The notes below the pieces were generated by a model that saw only the letters and a program-made list of their open reading frames with translations, was not told the origin of the DNA and searched no databases. From the NCBI GenBank assembly GCA_045655245.1, contig JAZOOX010000024.1, positions 488-64,487 of the forward strand: 64,000 nucleotides of DNA, read 5' to 3'. Shown here one piece after another: positions 39,358 through 50,036 of this stretch. Both the position numbers and the translations under genes were made by a program. The stretch is from Clostridia bacterium (GTDB taxonomy: Bacteria; Bacillota; Clostridia; RGIG8785). Numbering within the stretch: the first letter of the stretch is position 1; each line of letters begins with the position of its first letter.

Positions 39358-40233
39358 ATGTTCTGTGACCTGCACGCTGACACCCCCACCCGTCTTTTGA
39401 CCGAGGGGTGTTCTTTTTCCGATCCCCGCCTGGGGGTAAACACCGCTGCAGTAGCTTCACTGGGCGAACCGCTGATACAACTTTTCGCCTTGTGGCATGA
39501 CCCCGACCACCCACACCGCACCGACCTTGCATTAGAACGATTTTTAAAAATTCTACCAGACTCCCCTTTTACGCTAAACGATGTTGCCGCAATCCATCAA
39601 GGCAAGTCGGTAGCATTATTGGGCATTGAAGGAGGCAACCTTCTGAGAAAAGACCCCCGTCGTCTGGACTTCTACTTCCAAAAAGGAGTGCGGTTTTTGA
39701 CCCTGGTCTGGAACGGCGAAAACGACCTTGCTGCCGCTCACGACAAAAGAGGCGGTCTAACTCCCGCGGGGCGAGTTGTTCTGGATCGAATGGACGCCTT
39801 GGGAATGGTGGCAGACCTGTCCCATTCCAATGAAGAAAGTTTTTGGGATGTCGCCGCACGGGGCGGACGACTCTTTTGCTCCCACAGCAATGCACGGTCG
39901 GTTTGCGATCACACCCGCAACTTAAGTGATGAACAAATTCGCGCCGTCATCCACTCGGATGGCATTATCGGCTTGAACCTTTATCCCCCTTTTGTAGGCG
40001 GAACACGTCTGGAAGATTTGCTTCCCCACATCGAGCATATTTGCAGTTTGGGCGGTGCAAAAAATTTAGCCATCGGTTCGGACTTAGACGGCATCGATGG
40101 TTTCTTAAAAGATGGAGAAAGCTCCTGCTTTTTCCCAAAACTGCGCCGTATTCTAACCGACCGCGGAATGGACCCGGACGCTGTTGACGGCGTTTTGGGC
40201 AAAAACTTTTATGATAAATTTTGCAATTTTTGA
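39358..40233 (+). CDS. Membrane dipeptidase family protein (peptidase M19)
   Basis: 291 aa, DLHADTP N-terminus, LTLVWNGENDL, DLSHSNE, GSDLDG motifs. Confidence 0.8.
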   Translation: MFCDLHADTPTRLLTEGCSFSDPRLGVNTAAVASLGEPLIQLFALWHDPDHPHRTDLALERFLKILPDSPFTLNDVAAIHQGKSVALLGIEGGNLLRKDPRRLDFYFQKGVRFLTLVWNGENDLAAAHDKRGGLTPAGRVVLDRMDALGMVADLSHSNEESFWDVAARGGRLFCSHSNARSVCDHTRNLSDEQIRAVIHSDGIIGLNLYPPFVGGTRLEDLLPHIEHICSLGGAKNLAIGSDLDGIDGFLKDGESSCFFPKLRRILTDRGMDPDAVDGVLGKNFYDKFCNF

Positions 40234-40300
40234 TTTTTAATCTTGCATTTTTCGAAAATTGTGGTAAAATGGGTAGAGTATGAAATTTGGAGGAATTACT

Positions 40301-41500
40301 ATGGCAAACTATTTGGCAAAAAAGGCAAGTTCGATCAGTGCTTCGCCCACCCTGGAAATTGATGCAAAGTTTAAAAGTATGAAGGCTGCAGGTGTCGATG
40401 TCATCGGCTTCGGTGCAGGCGAGCCTGACTTTGAAACCCCCGACTATATTAAAGAGGCGGCAATTGCTGCCATCCAAAACGGGGTCACCCGTTACACCCC
40501 CGCTTCGGGCACGATGGAACTGAAGAAAGCCATTTGTGCCAAGTTAAAGCGGGACTCTAATTTGGACTACGAGCCTGCTGATATTGTTATCAGTAACGGT
40601 GCAAAGCACTCGCTGTTGAATGCATTTATGGCGATTTGCGATCCCGGCGATGAAGTCATCATCCCCGGTCCTTTCTGGGTCAGCTACCCTGAAATGGTCA
40701 AACTGGCTGACGGTGTGCCCGTCATTCTGCACACCAAAGAGGAAAACGGATTCCAGTTCACCATCGAGGACTTGGAAGCTGTTTGCACCGACCGCACCCG
40801 CGCCATCGTGTTAAACACCCCTTCCAACCCCACGGGCATGATCTACAGCCGTGAACTGTTGGAAGCAGTTGCCAAGTTTGCTGTCCAGCATCAGATTTAC
40901 ATCATTTCGGACGAAATTTACGAAAAATTGATCTACGATGGAATGAAACATACCAGCATCGCCTCGTTTGGTGAGGATGTCAAGGCGCTGACCATCTTAA
41001 TCAACGGCGTTTCCAAAGCCTATGCCATGACCGGTTGGCGTATCGGTTATACTGCATCAGCCCCCGCTGTGGCAAAGACTATGGCAAACGTTCAGAGCCA
41101 CGCCACTTCCAACCCCAATTCTATCGCACAGGCCGCTACCGTTGCCGCACTGAACGGTCCTCAAGACGAAGTGGAAGAAATGCGCCGTGCCTTTGAACGC
41201 CGCCGCAACTATATGGTCGAGCGGATCCAAAAAATGGAGCTGGTCAACTGCCTCCGTCCCAACGGTGCATTCTACGTAATGATGAACATTACCAAGCTGA
41301 TCGGTCTGCACTACGGCGAGACCGAGATTACCGATGCCGACACCTTCTGCTCCTTGCTGTTGGATAACGCCAAAGTAGCGTTGGTTCCCGGTACCGGTTT
41401 CGGCGCACCTGATTTTGTTCGCTGGTCCTACGCCAATTCTACCGCCAATATCAAGAACGGTCTTGACCGTCTGGAAGCGTTTTTGGCAGAACTGAAATAA
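40301..41500 (+). CDS. Aspartate/aromatic aminotransferase (PLP-dependent, class I)
   Basis: Start at internal ATG (MANYLAKK) with GGAGG. ..NPTG.. and the PLP-Lys motif SKAYAMTGWRIGY. Confidence 0.85.
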   Translation: MANYLAKKASSISASPTLEIDAKFKSMKAAGVDVIGFGAGEPDFETPDYIKEAAIAAIQNGVTRYTPASGTMELKKAICAKLKRDSNLDYEPADIVISNGAKHSLLNAFMAICDPGDEVIIPGPFWVSYPEMVKLADGVPVILHTKEENGFQFTIEDLEAVCTDRTRAIVLNTPSNPTGMIYSRELLEAVAKFAVQHQIYIISDEIYEKLIYDGMKHTSIASFGEDVKALTILINGVSKAYAMTGWRIGYTASAPAVAKTMANVQSHATSNPNSIAQAATVAALNGPQDEVEEMRRAFERRRNYMVERIQKMELVNCLRPNGAFYVMMNITKLIGLHYGETEITDADTFCSLLLDNAKVALVPGTGFGAPDFVRWSYANSTANIKNGLDRLEAFLAELK

Positions 41501-41513
41501 AGGAAGGATTTAT

Positions 41514-42293
41514 ATGAACATCGGATTCATTGGTGCAGGGAATATGGCAACCGCCATGATCAACGGTTTAAACGGTTGCGGGTATTCTTTGTATGCTTAT
41601 GACATCAATGCCGACTCCTTAAAAAAGATGGAAGGGTTAGGCGTCCGCACCGTTTCGGATAAAGCTGACCTTTGCGACCTTTGCGACGTCATCGTACTGG
41701 CCGTCAAGCCCAATGTGTATCAGTCGGTATTGACCGACCTTCACGGCAAGACCCAACCCCTTTACATCTCTATTGCGGCAGGGATCACTACCGACTATGT
41801 TCGCTCATTGTTAGGGGACGATGCCCGTGTGGTACGGGTGATGCCCAACACCCCCGCTATGGTAGGCGAAGGAATGACCGCCGTCGCCAAGGCTGACCGC
41901 AACACACCCGAAGAACTGGCGGTTGCAGAAACCATTTTCCAAAAGCTCGGCCGTACCGAGCAGTTGCCCGAATCCTTGATGGAATCGGTCATTTCACTGA
42001 CGGGCAGTTCCCCCGCCTATGTCTTTATGATGATCGAGGCAATGGCAGACGCCGCGGTTCGTGCAGGAATCCCCCGCAATCTGTCTTATTCCTTAGCCGC
42101 CCAGGCGGTTTACGGATCTGCCAAGATGGTACTGGAAAGCGGCGAACATCCCGCCGCCTTAAAAGACGCCGTTTGTTCTCCCAACGGCACCACCATCGAA
42201 GCCGTCCGTGTACTGGAAGAAAAAGGGTTCCGTTCCGCTTTGCAAGAAGCTATGGCGGCTTGCGACAAACGTGCCTTTGAGCTAAAAAAATAA
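41514..42293 (+). CDS. proC: Pyrroline-5-carboxylate reductase
   Basis: 259 aa, N-terminal GFIGAGNMA Rossmann motif and C-terminal VCSPNGTT motif. Confidence 0.9.
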   Translation: MNIGFIGAGNMATAMINGLNGCGYSLYAYDINADSLKKMEGLGVRTVSDKADLCDLCDVIVLAVKPNVYQSVLTDLHGKTQPLYISIAAGITTDYVRSLLGDDARVVRVMPNTPAMVGEGMTAVAKADRNTPEELAVAETIFQKLGRTEQLPESLMESVISLTGSSPAYVFMMIEAMADAAVRAGIPRNLSYSLAAQAVYGSAKMVLESGEHPAALKDAVCSPNGTTIEAVRVLEEKGFRSALQEAMAACDKRAFELKK

Positions 42294-42319
42294 GACCGCA
42301 ACCGCGGTCTTTTTTATTG
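42291..42319 (+). terminator. Terminator of proC
   Basis: AAGACCGC-aacc-GCGGTCTT followed by T6ATT. Confidence 0.7.
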
Positions 42320-42340
42320 CCCAAAACCATATATTAAAGT

Positions 42341-42916
42341 ATGAAAAATTTTTTCCTCTCACTGATACAAGCCCTCTTTCACAAGCATCCCGTTCTGGCA
42401 CCTCTAACTGTCACCTTCTTTTTGGCAGGTCTGGGGGCAGGAACCTTTTCTGCCCGACAGTTAGGCTCCGAAGGATTGGGACAGGCCACCGACCTGCTGG
42501 TTGCCACTGCTGCACCATTGTTGCTTCAAACCTTTTTTCATACCCTGCTCCCCTTGGTGTTACTGTTCTTAGGGGGGTTCTCTGCTATCGGTGCCCCCCT
42601 TTGTCTGTTACTCCCCGCTCTGCGGGGGTTTGCCTTGGGGTTTACCGCCTGTCTTGTCGTAAGCATTTGGGGTAAGGACGGGGTACTTTTGACCCTCGCT
42701 ACCCTCTTCCCTCGAATGGCGTTGGAAATCCCCCCTTTTCTGCTCTTCGCCTTATGCTCCTGCAGTTTGTCATTGGGACTTTTCAAGTCGCTGACAGGTC
42801 GCCCCGACAACAGCCCCCGACCCCTGCCTTATCTGATTTTGTTTTTGTTCCTGCTCCTCTGGTGTGGCGGAGTGGGCTTTGGCGTCGAATACTTACAACA
42901 GTTTCTGCTAAAATAA
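42341..42916 (+). CDS. Polytopic membrane protein, possibly SpoIIM/DUF95-like
   Basis: 191 aa with 5-6 hydrophobic helices. The assignment is weak and rests on size and topology only. Confidence 0.45.
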   Translation: MKNFFLSLIQALFHKHPVLAPLTVTFFLAGLGAGTFSARQLGSEGLGQATDLLVATAAPLLLQTFFHTLLPLVLLFLGGFSAIGAPLCLLLPALRGFALGFTACLVVSIWGKDGVLLTLATLFPRMALEIPPFLLFALCSCSLSLGLFKSLTGRPDNSPRPLPYLILFLFLLLWCGGVGFGVEYLQQFLLK

Positions 42917-42944
42917 AAAAGACCCGTAAGGGTCTTTTATTTTG
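42915..42944. terminator. Bidirectional terminator
   Basis: AAGACCC-gtaa-GGGTCTT flanked by A6/T4ATTTT. Confidence 0.65.
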
Positions 42945-44043
42945 TCACCGATAAAACAAACTCCGCAATTTCTTTTGCAGCATTCACATTGCGGAAGGAT
43001 TTTTGCTTTTCTTTCATTTGCAGGAGTTTTTCAGCGTCGTTTTCAAGTAATTCGCTCACCGTGCGATAAATCCGAGGTTGAGTATCGGCAAACCGTGCCA
43101 GACCATTGTTCTCGAAATAAGCAGGATTTCCTTCTTCCTGACCGGGCAAAGCATCGGTAATCACCACGGGCAGACAGCAACTGACCGCTTCCATGATGGT
43201 ATTCGGACTTCCCCTTAAAAAAGCCAGGTCAGCAGCTAACATTTGTTCTTCGATGTTACGGGTAAAGCCCAGGACCTCCAAACGACCCCCATACCAAGGC
43301 TGTTCATTTTCGGTCAGACGGCGGTGCAAACGGGCATTACGCCCCGTCACCACCTTGACACGGCAATCAAACCGGTCCAGTAAAAATCGAGTCAAACGGA
43401 CGATGTTACCCGAACCCTCCCCGCCGCTCATCACCAGAAAAGTGGGACGGCCACAGGCTTTGAACTCTTGACTTCCCGCAATGGGTGCGCCTGCCGTAAA
43501 CCGTTCCCGCACAGGGAAGGAAAACCGTTTAATACGTTCGGGCGGGACACCGCAACCACGGGCAAAAGCCTCTGCCTCGTCGGTATAGCAAAGGTTATAG
43601 GCGGCACGAGCATCCGGCCAAAGTCCCGAAATCGAGACCAGATCGGCAAAAATCGAAATAAAAGGAATATCAACCTTCTTGCGTTTTAAAATTCGCACCA
43701 CCGAGCCGACGAACATGGGGTGTACCGATACGATGATATCGGGTTTTTCTTGCTCCAATACCTCCATCAACCGACGGCTCATCACCGTAGCGATGGGGCG
43801 GTTGACGTGATTGGGTGCCACCTGCACCAGCTCCCAAAGCATGCGCCATGCCTCTTTTGAGGTACGGGTGACGGGGCCGTAAGCCTTGCTTAAGCGGGCT
43901 GCAGAGCGGCCCAAAAGATCAAACCCCTCCAGCACCGAAACGGTGGCGCCCAGTTTCCCAAACTGTTCGCAAAGGGCTTCGGTAATGCTTTGATGTCCGT
44001 GTCCTGTATATGAAGAGCTAATCAGCAAAACATGTTTTTTCAT
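42937..44043 (-). CDS. MGDG-synthase-like / UgtP-like diacylglycerol glycosyltransferase (GT28 family)
   Basis: Start at internal ATG (MKKHVLLISSSYTGHGH). C-terminal PGQEEGN motif as in UgtP/MurG-type GT-B enzymes. 2 nt downstream of the pncB stop. Confidence 0.7.
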   Translation of the reverse strand: MKKHVLLISSSYTGHGHQSITEALCEQFGKLGATVSVLEGFDLLGRSAARLSKAYGPVTRTSKEAWRMLWELVQVAPNHVNRPIATVMSRRLMEVLEQEKPDIIVSVHPMFVGSVVRILKRKKVDIPFISIFADLVSISGLWPDARAAYNLCYTDEAEAFARGCGVPPERIKRFSFPVRERFTAGAPIAGSQEFKACGRPTFLVMSGGEGSGNIVRLTRFLLDRFDCRVKVVTGRNARLHRRLTENEQPWYGGRLEVLGFTRNIEEQMLAADLAFLRGSPNTIMEAVSCCLPVVITDALPGQEEGNPAYFENNGLARFADTQPRIYRTVSELLENDAEKLLQMKEKQKSFRNVNAAKEIAEFVLSVTK

Positions 44044-44045
44044 AA

Positions 44046-45497
44046 TCAGTCCTTTTTCGGATGCAGAAGTTTCTCCCGTACACCCCAAAGCTTTTGGGAA
44101 AAGTCCACATAGTAGGTATGAGGGTTTTCAAAACGTTTTACTTCGTCCCACAAGGTTTCGATCTGTTCGGCGCAATATGCCTTAATCTCGTGCAAAGACG
44201 GGCTTTCGTAAACACACTTTCCCTTGACAAAAATCGGTTTTAACAATTCTTCCACCGTAAATTCGGTAATCACCTTGCGCTTCCAGATGTATTCGGGAGC
44301 AAACAGTTCGTAAGGCTGGGTTTCGTCAACCACCTCATCCTCTAACACCAGCAGGTCGGCGATGGCCTTATGAGTGTCCTTTTCAAAAAAGCGAAGGACC
44401 CGCTTACTGCAAGGAACGGTCACCTTCTCGGGATTTTCGCTGATTTTAATTTTAGGGATTTCGTTGCCGTTCTCATCCTCTACGGCGACCAGTTTGTAAA
44501 CGCCGCCAAAAACGGGTTCGGAGGAAGAAGTAATCAAACGTTCCCCTACACCAAAGGAAGAAATGGGCGCACCTTGTGCCCACATATCTTCGATAATATA
44601 TTCATCCAAGGAGTTCGAGGCAACGATGCCACAATCGGGGAACCCGGCTTCGTCCAGCATCTTCCGCATTTTTTTGGACAGGTAAGCGATGTCGCCGCTG
44701 TCGATGCGGACACCCTTTGGACGAAATCCCTTGGGCACCAGTTCCTCGTTAAAGACACGAATGGCGTTGGGGATACCGCTTTTTAAAACATTATAGGTAT
44801 CTACCAGCAGGGTGCAATCGTTGGGATAGGTCTTGGCGTAAGCGCGAAAGGCGTCCAATTCGGTGTCAAACATCTGCACCCAACTGTGTGCCATAGTACC
44901 CAAAGCGGGGATACCAAAGAGTTTTTGTGAGATGGTGCAGGCAGTACCTGCGCACCCCCCGATGTATGCGGCGCGGGAACCCATCAGCGACCCCGAATAC
45001 CCTTGGGCACGGCGACCGCCGAACTCCATGACGGGGCGTCCTTTGGCGGCGCGGACGATACGATTTGCCTTGGTAGCAATCAGGCTTTGATGGTTGATGG
45101 TCAAAAGGATTACCGTCTCCACCAACTGTGCCTGAATCACAGGGCCTTTGACCTTTAAAATCGGTTCACGGGGGAAGATGGGGGTACCCTCAGGGATTGC
45201 CCACACGTCGCAGCTGAATTCAAAGTTTCGCAGGTAGTCCAAAAACTCCTCGCAAAACAGGTTCTTTTCCCGCAAAACGGCAATGTCCGACTCGGAAAAA
45301 TGGAGGTTTTTCAGGTACGCGATGACCTGCTCCAAGCCTGCGGCAATGGCAAACCCGCCGCCGTCGGGGACGTTACGGAAAAACATGTCAAAACAAGCGA
45401 TACGCTCGCTCATTCCATGTTCTAAATACCCGTTTGCCATGGTAAACTCGTAAAAATCCACCAGCATTGCCAAATTTTCTTCCTGTGACAAAAACAT
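44046..45497 (-). CDS. pncB: Nicotinate phosphoribosyltransferase
   Basis: 483 aa, N-terminal DFYEFTMANGY motif typical of NAPRTase. Confidence 0.88.
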   Translation of the reverse strand: MFLSQEENLAMLVDFYEFTMANGYLEHGMSERIACFDMFFRNVPDGGGFAIAAGLEQVIAYLKNLHFSESDIAVLREKNLFCEEFLDYLRNFEFSCDVWAIPEGTPIFPREPILKVKGPVIQAQLVETVILLTINHQSLIATKANRIVRAAKGRPVMEFGGRRAQGYSGSLMGSRAAYIGGCAGTACTISQKLFGIPALGTMAHSWVQMFDTELDAFRAYAKTYPNDCTLLVDTYNVLKSGIPNAIRVFNEELVPKGFRPKGVRIDSGDIAYLSKKMRKMLDEAGFPDCGIVASNSLDEYIIEDMWAQGAPISSFGVGERLITSSSEPVFGGVYKLVAVEDENGNEIPKIKISENPEKVTVPCSKRVLRFFEKDTHKAIADLLVLEDEVVDETQPYELFAPEYIWKRKVITEFTVEELLKPIFVKGKCVYESPSLHEIKAYCAEQIETLWDEVKRFENPHTYYVDFSQKLWGVREKLLHPKKD

Positions 45498-45541
45498 AAC
45501 TGTCGCTCCTTTGTAAGCCGAGGGGTTTAATAATTATCCCT

Positions 45542-45570
45542 ATTATACCAATTTCCGCCCGAAAAGTCAA
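45542..45570 (-). promoter_or_regulatory. Promoter of pncB
   Basis: TTGACT, 17 nt, TATAAT. Confidence 0.55.
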
Positions 45571-45574
45571 CGAA

Positions 45575-45606
45575 TAAAAAAGACACCCGCGAGGGTGTCT
45601 TTTTTC
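45575..45606. terminator. Terminator of pnp (bidirectional)
   Basis: AGACACCC-gcga-GGGTGTCT flanked by A6/T6. Confidence 0.7.
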
Positions 45607-45608
45607 AC

Positions 45609-47708
45609 TTATGCGTTTTCGTTCTGTTCCAGAACATCGCGGCGGGACAGGTTGATTCTGCCCTGCTTGTCGATTTCGGTAACCTTGACCACAATGGTAT
45701 CGCCGACCTGAACAACGTCTTCAACCTTCTCGACACGTTTCTTATCCAACTTAGAGATGTGGACCAGACCTTCCTTGCCGGGAAGAATTTCGACGAATGC
45801 ACCGAAGTTCATCAGACGGGTAACCTTACCGGTGTAGATTTCACCGGGTTCGGGAACCTTGACAATGGCTTCGATCATCTTCATAGCGGCTTCACCGGAA
45901 GCTTGGTCAACAGCAGCAATAAAGATGGTACCGTCGTCTTCGATGTCAATCTTGGCGCCGGTATCGGCAACGATCTTTTGAATGACCTTACCGCCGGAGC
46001 CGATAACGTCACGGATCTTGTCCACGTCGATCTTCATGGTTGCAATCTTGGGTGCGTAGGGCGAGAGTTCAGCTCTGGGTTCGGAAATGGCTTTTGCCAT
46101 AATCTCATCTAAGATATAATAGCGGGCATCACGGGTCTGCATCAGCGCACGCTCGATCATTTCGGGCTTTAAGCCGTCGATCTTAATGTCCATCTGAATG
46201 GCAGTGATACCTTTTTTGGTACCTGCTACCTTAAAGTCCATATCGCCGAAGAAGTCTTCCAGACCCTGGATATCCACCATGGTGGTGTAACGGTCGGAGT
46301 CCTCGTCAGTAACCAAACCGACAGAGATACCTGCAACGGGTGCCTTAATCGGTACGCCTGCAGCCATCAGTGCCAGCGAGCTACCGCAGACACTACCCTG
46401 AGAGGTAGAACCGTTAGAGCTTAATACTTCGGAAACCAGGCGGATGGCATAGGGGAATTCGGTTTCGGAGGGCAGTACGGGGACCAAAGAACGTTCTGCC
46501 AATGCACCGTGACCGATTTCACGACGGCCGGGGCCGCGAGAGGGTTTGGTTTCACCGACACTGTAGGACGGGAAGTTGTAGTGGTGCATATAGCGTTTGG
46601 TATCGTTCTCGTCAATGCCGTCCAAAATCTGAGCATCGCCCATAGCGCCTAAGGTGGCAATGGTCAAAACCTGGGTCTGACCGCGGGTGAACATACCCGA
46701 ACCATGGGTACGGGGCAACAAATCAACTTCAGCAGCCAGGGGACGGATCTGAAGCAGTTCACGGCCGTCAACACGCTTGCCTTCGTCTAAAATCCAATGA
46801 CGAACGGTCTTTTTCTGCAGTTTGTAAAGTGCTTCACCAATCTGAGCATCACAATCGGGATAGGTTTCTGCCAGTGCTTCGATGGTTTCGCGGGTCAACG
46901 CTTCGATTGCCTTATCGCGAACAGTCTTGTCAGCGGTCAGGAGCGCAGGTTTGACCTTTTCGCCTGCAAAAGCAGTAACCGCTTCCATCAGAGCGGGGTC
47001 CACAATATGACGCTCGTACTCGAACTTGGGTTTACCAATTTCGGCAACGATGGTTTCGATGAATGCGCAGATTTTCTTGATCTCCTCGTGGGCGAACATG
47101 ATGGCGTTGTACATCACGTCTTCTTTGACTTCTTTAGCACCGGCTTCGATCATAACAACCTTGTCCTTGGTGCCTGCAACAGTCAGTTCCATCTGGCTCT
47201 TTTCACGCTGTTCAACGGTGGGGTTGATAACGAACTCGCCGTCAACCAAACCGACAAAAACGCCGCCGATAGGGCCGTTAAAGGGGATGTCCGAAATGGA
47301 CAGAGCGATAGAGCTGCCGATCATTGCGGCGATTTCAGGAGCGTTATCCTGTTCAACACACAAAACGGTAGAGATAACCGAAACATCGTTCCGCAGGTCC
47401 GAGGGGAACAAGGGACGAATGGGACGGTCAATGACACGGGAGGTTAAGATTGCCTTTTCGGAAGGACGTCCTTCACGCTTGATGAAGCCGCCGGGAATCT
47501 TACCGACCGAATAAAGTCTTTCTTCGTAGTCCACGCTGAGGGGGAAGAAATCAATCCCGTCGCGAGGCTTTTTGGATGCCGTTGCATTACACAAAACGGC
47601 GGTATCACCGTAACGGACCAAGGCAGAGCCGTTGGACAGTTGAGCCATTTTACCGGTTTCTACGACCAGGGCTCGTCCGGCAATTTCTGTGCGAAAAATC
47701 TTGTGCAT
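45609..47708 (-). CDS. pnp: Polyribonucleotide nucleotidyltransferase (PNPase)
   Basis: Start at internal ATG ([12 protein letters not shown]) with AGGAGG. Two RNase PH domains plus KH plus S1. Confidence 0.93.
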   Translation of the reverse strand: MHKIFRTEIAGRALVVETGKMAQLSNGSALVRYGDTAVLCNATASKKPRDGIDFFPLSVDYEERLYSVGKIPGGFIKREGRPSEKAILTSRVIDRPIRPLFPSDLRNDVSVISTVLCVEQDNAPEIAAMIGSSIALSISDIPFNGPIGGVFVGLVDGEFVINPTVEQREKSQMELTVAGTKDKVVMIEAGAKEVKEDVMYNAIMFAHEEIKKICAFIETIVAEIGKPKFEYERHIVDPALMEAVTAFAGEKVKPALLTADKTVRDKAIEALTRETIEALAETYPDCDAQIGEALYKLQKKTVRHWILDEGKRVDGRELLQIRPLAAEVDLLPRTHGSGMFTRGQTQVLTIATLGAMGDAQILDGIDENDTKRYMHHYNFPSYSVGETKPSRGPGRREIGHGALAERSLVPVLPSETEFPYAIRLVSEVLSSNGSTSQGSVCGSSLALMAAGVPIKAPVAGISVGLVTDEDSDRYTTMVDIQGLEDFFGDMDFKVAGTKKGITAIQMDIKIDGLKPEMIERALMQTRDARYYILDEIMAKAISEPRAELSPYAPKIATMKIDVDKIRDVIGSGGKVIQKIVADTGAKIDIEDDGTIFIAAVDQASGEAAMKMIEAIVKVPEPGEIYTGKVTRLMNFGAFVEILPGKEGLVHISKLDKKRVEKVEDVVQVGDTIVVKVTEIDKQGRINLSRRDVLEQNENA

Positions 47709-47807
47709 GGTAATCCTCCTTTTTAATGTTGAGGCCGTCGGATTTAGCACTTATTTCTACGCTCCGAACAAAAGCGCACAAATAACTGCTAAGACCAACG
47801 ATGCCTC

Positions 47808-47845
47808 GGATGAAAAAAGGGCGGCAAAGGTGATTCGCCGCCCAA
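47808..47845 (-). terminator. rpsO terminator / pnp leader attenuator hairpin
   Basis: Minus strand GGGCGGC-gaatcaccttt-GCCGCCC followed by T6, between the rpsO stop and the pnp start. Confidence 0.65.
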
Positions 47846-47854
47846 GGTGCCAAA

Positions 47855-48118
47855 CTATTTTCTCAAGTTCAACTTTTCGATCAGAACACGATAACGCTCG
47901 ATATCCTTCTTCATCAGATAGTTGAGCAGACCGCGGCGCTGACCTACCATCTTCAACAGACCGCGTCTGGAATGATGGTCCTTCTGGTTTACCTTCAGGT
48001 GCTCGTTCAGATGATTGATTCTGTGAGTCAGAATGGCAACCTGAACTTCGGGAGATCCGGTGTCACCTTCGTGTACCTTGTAAGCATCAACGATTGCTTG
48101 CTTTTCTTCCTTTAACAT
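47855..48118 (-). CDS. rpsO: 30S ribosomal protein S15
   Basis: Start at internal ATG ([10 protein letters not shown]) with AGGAGGTG. 87 aa, typical S15. Confidence 0.92.
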   Translation of the reverse strand: MLKEEKQAIVDAYKVHEGDTGSPEVQVAILTHRINHLNEHLKVNQKDHHSRRGLLKMVGQRRGLLNYLMKKDIERYRVLIEKLNLRK

Positions 48119-48239
48119 GATTCCACCTCCTAAAATATTTTTCTGGCGACCAAGCATCGGGTCGGTGAACACTCCCGGAAACGGAAGCAGTGCCCCAAAA
48201 CTGAGCCGCAGATAGGCAAAATGCCCATACAACATTGTC

Positions 48240-48268
48240 ATTTTACCACAGTTTCTTCTATTTGTAAA
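48240..48268 (-). promoter_or_regulatory. Promoter of rpsO with a ~120-nt leader
   Basis: TTTACA, 17 nt, TGgTAAAAT. The -35 lies inside the inverted repeat ATTTGTAAA..TTTACAAAT. Confidence 0.45.
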
Positions 48269-48276
48269 GGATTTTT

Positions 48277-49152
48277 TTACAAATCTTTTAAAACCCGCTC
48301 ACAGTCCTGACGAACTTGGGCAAAGAGTGCCTCGGGAGAGTCGAATTTCCGCTCCTCCCGCAGGTAGCGGACGAAAGAAAGGGTGGCGGTTTTTCCGTAC
48401 AAATCCCCGTCAAAGTTCAGCAAATGGCTTTCTATTGTCAGCCTTTCACCGTTGACGGTAGGACGGTACCCCACGTTGGTTACGGCAGGAAAGTTCTCGC
48501 CATCAATTTCCATACGGGTTTCATAAACGCCGTAGGTGGGCACCAGTTGCTCGGTGATCTTTAGGTTTGCGGTAGGAAAGCCCATAGCACTCCCCAACTG
48601 CTGACCGTGGACCACTTCGCCCCGAAGGGCGTACCGACGGCCCAAAAGGGTTTCCGCCGCTTGCAGTCGACTGGTGGTCAAAAATTCTCTTATAAGGCTA
48701 CTACTGACCGTTCCGAAAGGGGAATCCAACAAAGGACAGACGGTCACTTCCCCCGAAAAGAGAGAAATCAGGGTGTCTGCGCTTCCTGCGGCATCCCGAC
48801 CAAAGCGGTAGTCTTCCCCTATCACCAAGGCTTTTGCGTGACAGGTTCGTTCCAAAATCGCCTGCACAAAATCCTTGGGCGTGGTTTGGGAAAACGCTTC
48901 GGTAAAAGGGAGCAGAATTACAAAATCCATCCCCAATTCTTCCAGCAGTTCCATTTTTTGTTCGTTGGTTTGCAAGAGTTTTCCCGATTTTTTGGGCGGA
49001 TTTTCAAAGGTCAATACTCCGCAGGGATAAGGGCTTTTTTGGACCTCTTTTAACAATTCCTGATGCCCCAGATGAACGCCGTCGAAAAAGCCTAACGCCA
49101 GCGCCGTTTCGGGGTAGAAGTCGGCAGGGGGTAATCCGTGGATGATTCTCAT
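48277..49152 (-). CDS. ribF: Bifunctional riboflavin kinase / FMN adenylyltransferase
   Basis: 291 aa, [12 protein letters not shown]-terminus and a riboflavin kinase C-terminal half. Confidence 0.9.
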   Translation of the reverse strand: MRIIHGLPPADFYPETALALGFFDGVHLGHQELLKEVQKSPYPCGVLTFENPPKKSGKLLQTNEQKMELLEELGMDFVILLPFTEAFSQTTPKDFVQAILERTCHAKALVIGEDYRFGRDAAGSADTLISLFSGEVTVCPLLDSPFGTVSSSLIREFLTTSRLQAAETLLGRRYALRGEVVHGQQLGSAMGFPTANLKITEQLVPTYGVYETRMEIDGENFPAVTNVGYRPTVNGERLTIESHLLNFDGDLYGKTATLSFVRYLREERKFDSPEALFAQVRQDCERVLKDL

Positions 49153-50036
49153 TCCTCGCCACCTCCGTGGAAAGCTACCTGCATTTTTAAGAGGTTCCCC
49201 TGGCAGCAGGACAATCCCAGCAAGTTGCCTTCTTCGTCACAAACTCGCACCATCGCTCCCTCCGCTTCGTTGCGGGCAGGAATGGGTACGCCGTTTTTGA
49301 CCTTGAACAACTCCCTACCCGTAACAGTACGGACGGGGTATTCGCCATAGACTTCGTTTAAAGAAGTGACAGCATCCTCTCCCCGACCTTCGGCAACCAG
49401 TTTTGCCAACGCGGCTTCGGTGTAGGCGTTTTCGATAACAAACGGACCGCTTTTGATGCGTATCAGGCGGTTAACATAGGCACCGCAACCCAAAGCATCG
49501 CCGATATCGGCGCAAAGGGTGCGAATGTAAGTGCCTTTGGAACAGAAAACATCCAAAGTAACCAAGTCCCCGTCCCGTTCCAACAGTCGGATATCGTCAA
49601 TGCGCACACGGCGGACAGGTCGTTCCACCGTTTCTCCGCGGCGCGCCAGTTCATACAGTTTTTTGCCGTTTAATTTCACGGCAGAGTACATGGGCGGGAC
49701 CTGCTCGATCTCCCCAAAAAAAGACCGGATGATCTCGTTCAAACGGGCATCCGAAACATCCACCCGACACTCGGTTAATACCTCCCCATCGGCATCCTGG
49801 GTATCGGTTGTCATTCCTAAGACCATGGTGGCACGGTAGGCTTTGTCCGAGTCGGTCAGCATCCCCGAAGCTTTGGTACCCTTACCGATGCAGATGGGAA
49901 GCACGCCTTCTGCCATTGGGTCTAACGTCCCCGTGTGCCCGATTTTTTTGATTCCAAGCAGCCGCCGCATCCGATAGATCATATCGTGGGAAGTGGGACC
50001 GCAAGGTTTGTAAAGGTTTAAGATTCCGCTTTTCAT
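49149..50036 (-). CDS. truB: tRNA pseudouridine(55) synthase
   Basis: Start at internal ATG (MKSGILNLYKP). Catalytic GHTGTLDP motif. Confidence 0.9.
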   Translation of the reverse strand: MKSGILNLYKPCGPTSHDMIYRMRRLLGIKKIGHTGTLDPMAEGVLPICIGKGTKASGMLTDSDKAYRATMVLGMTTDTQDADGEVLTECRVDVSDARLNEIIRSFFGEIEQVPPMYSAVKLNGKKLYELARRGETVERPVRRVRIDDIRLLERDGDLVTLDVFCSKGTYIRTLCADIGDALGCGAYVNRLIRIKSGPFVIENAYTEAALAKLVAEGRGEDAVTSLNEVYGEYPVRTVTGRELFKVKNGVPIPARNEAEGAMVRVCDEEGNLLGLSCCQGNLLKMQVAFHGGGEE

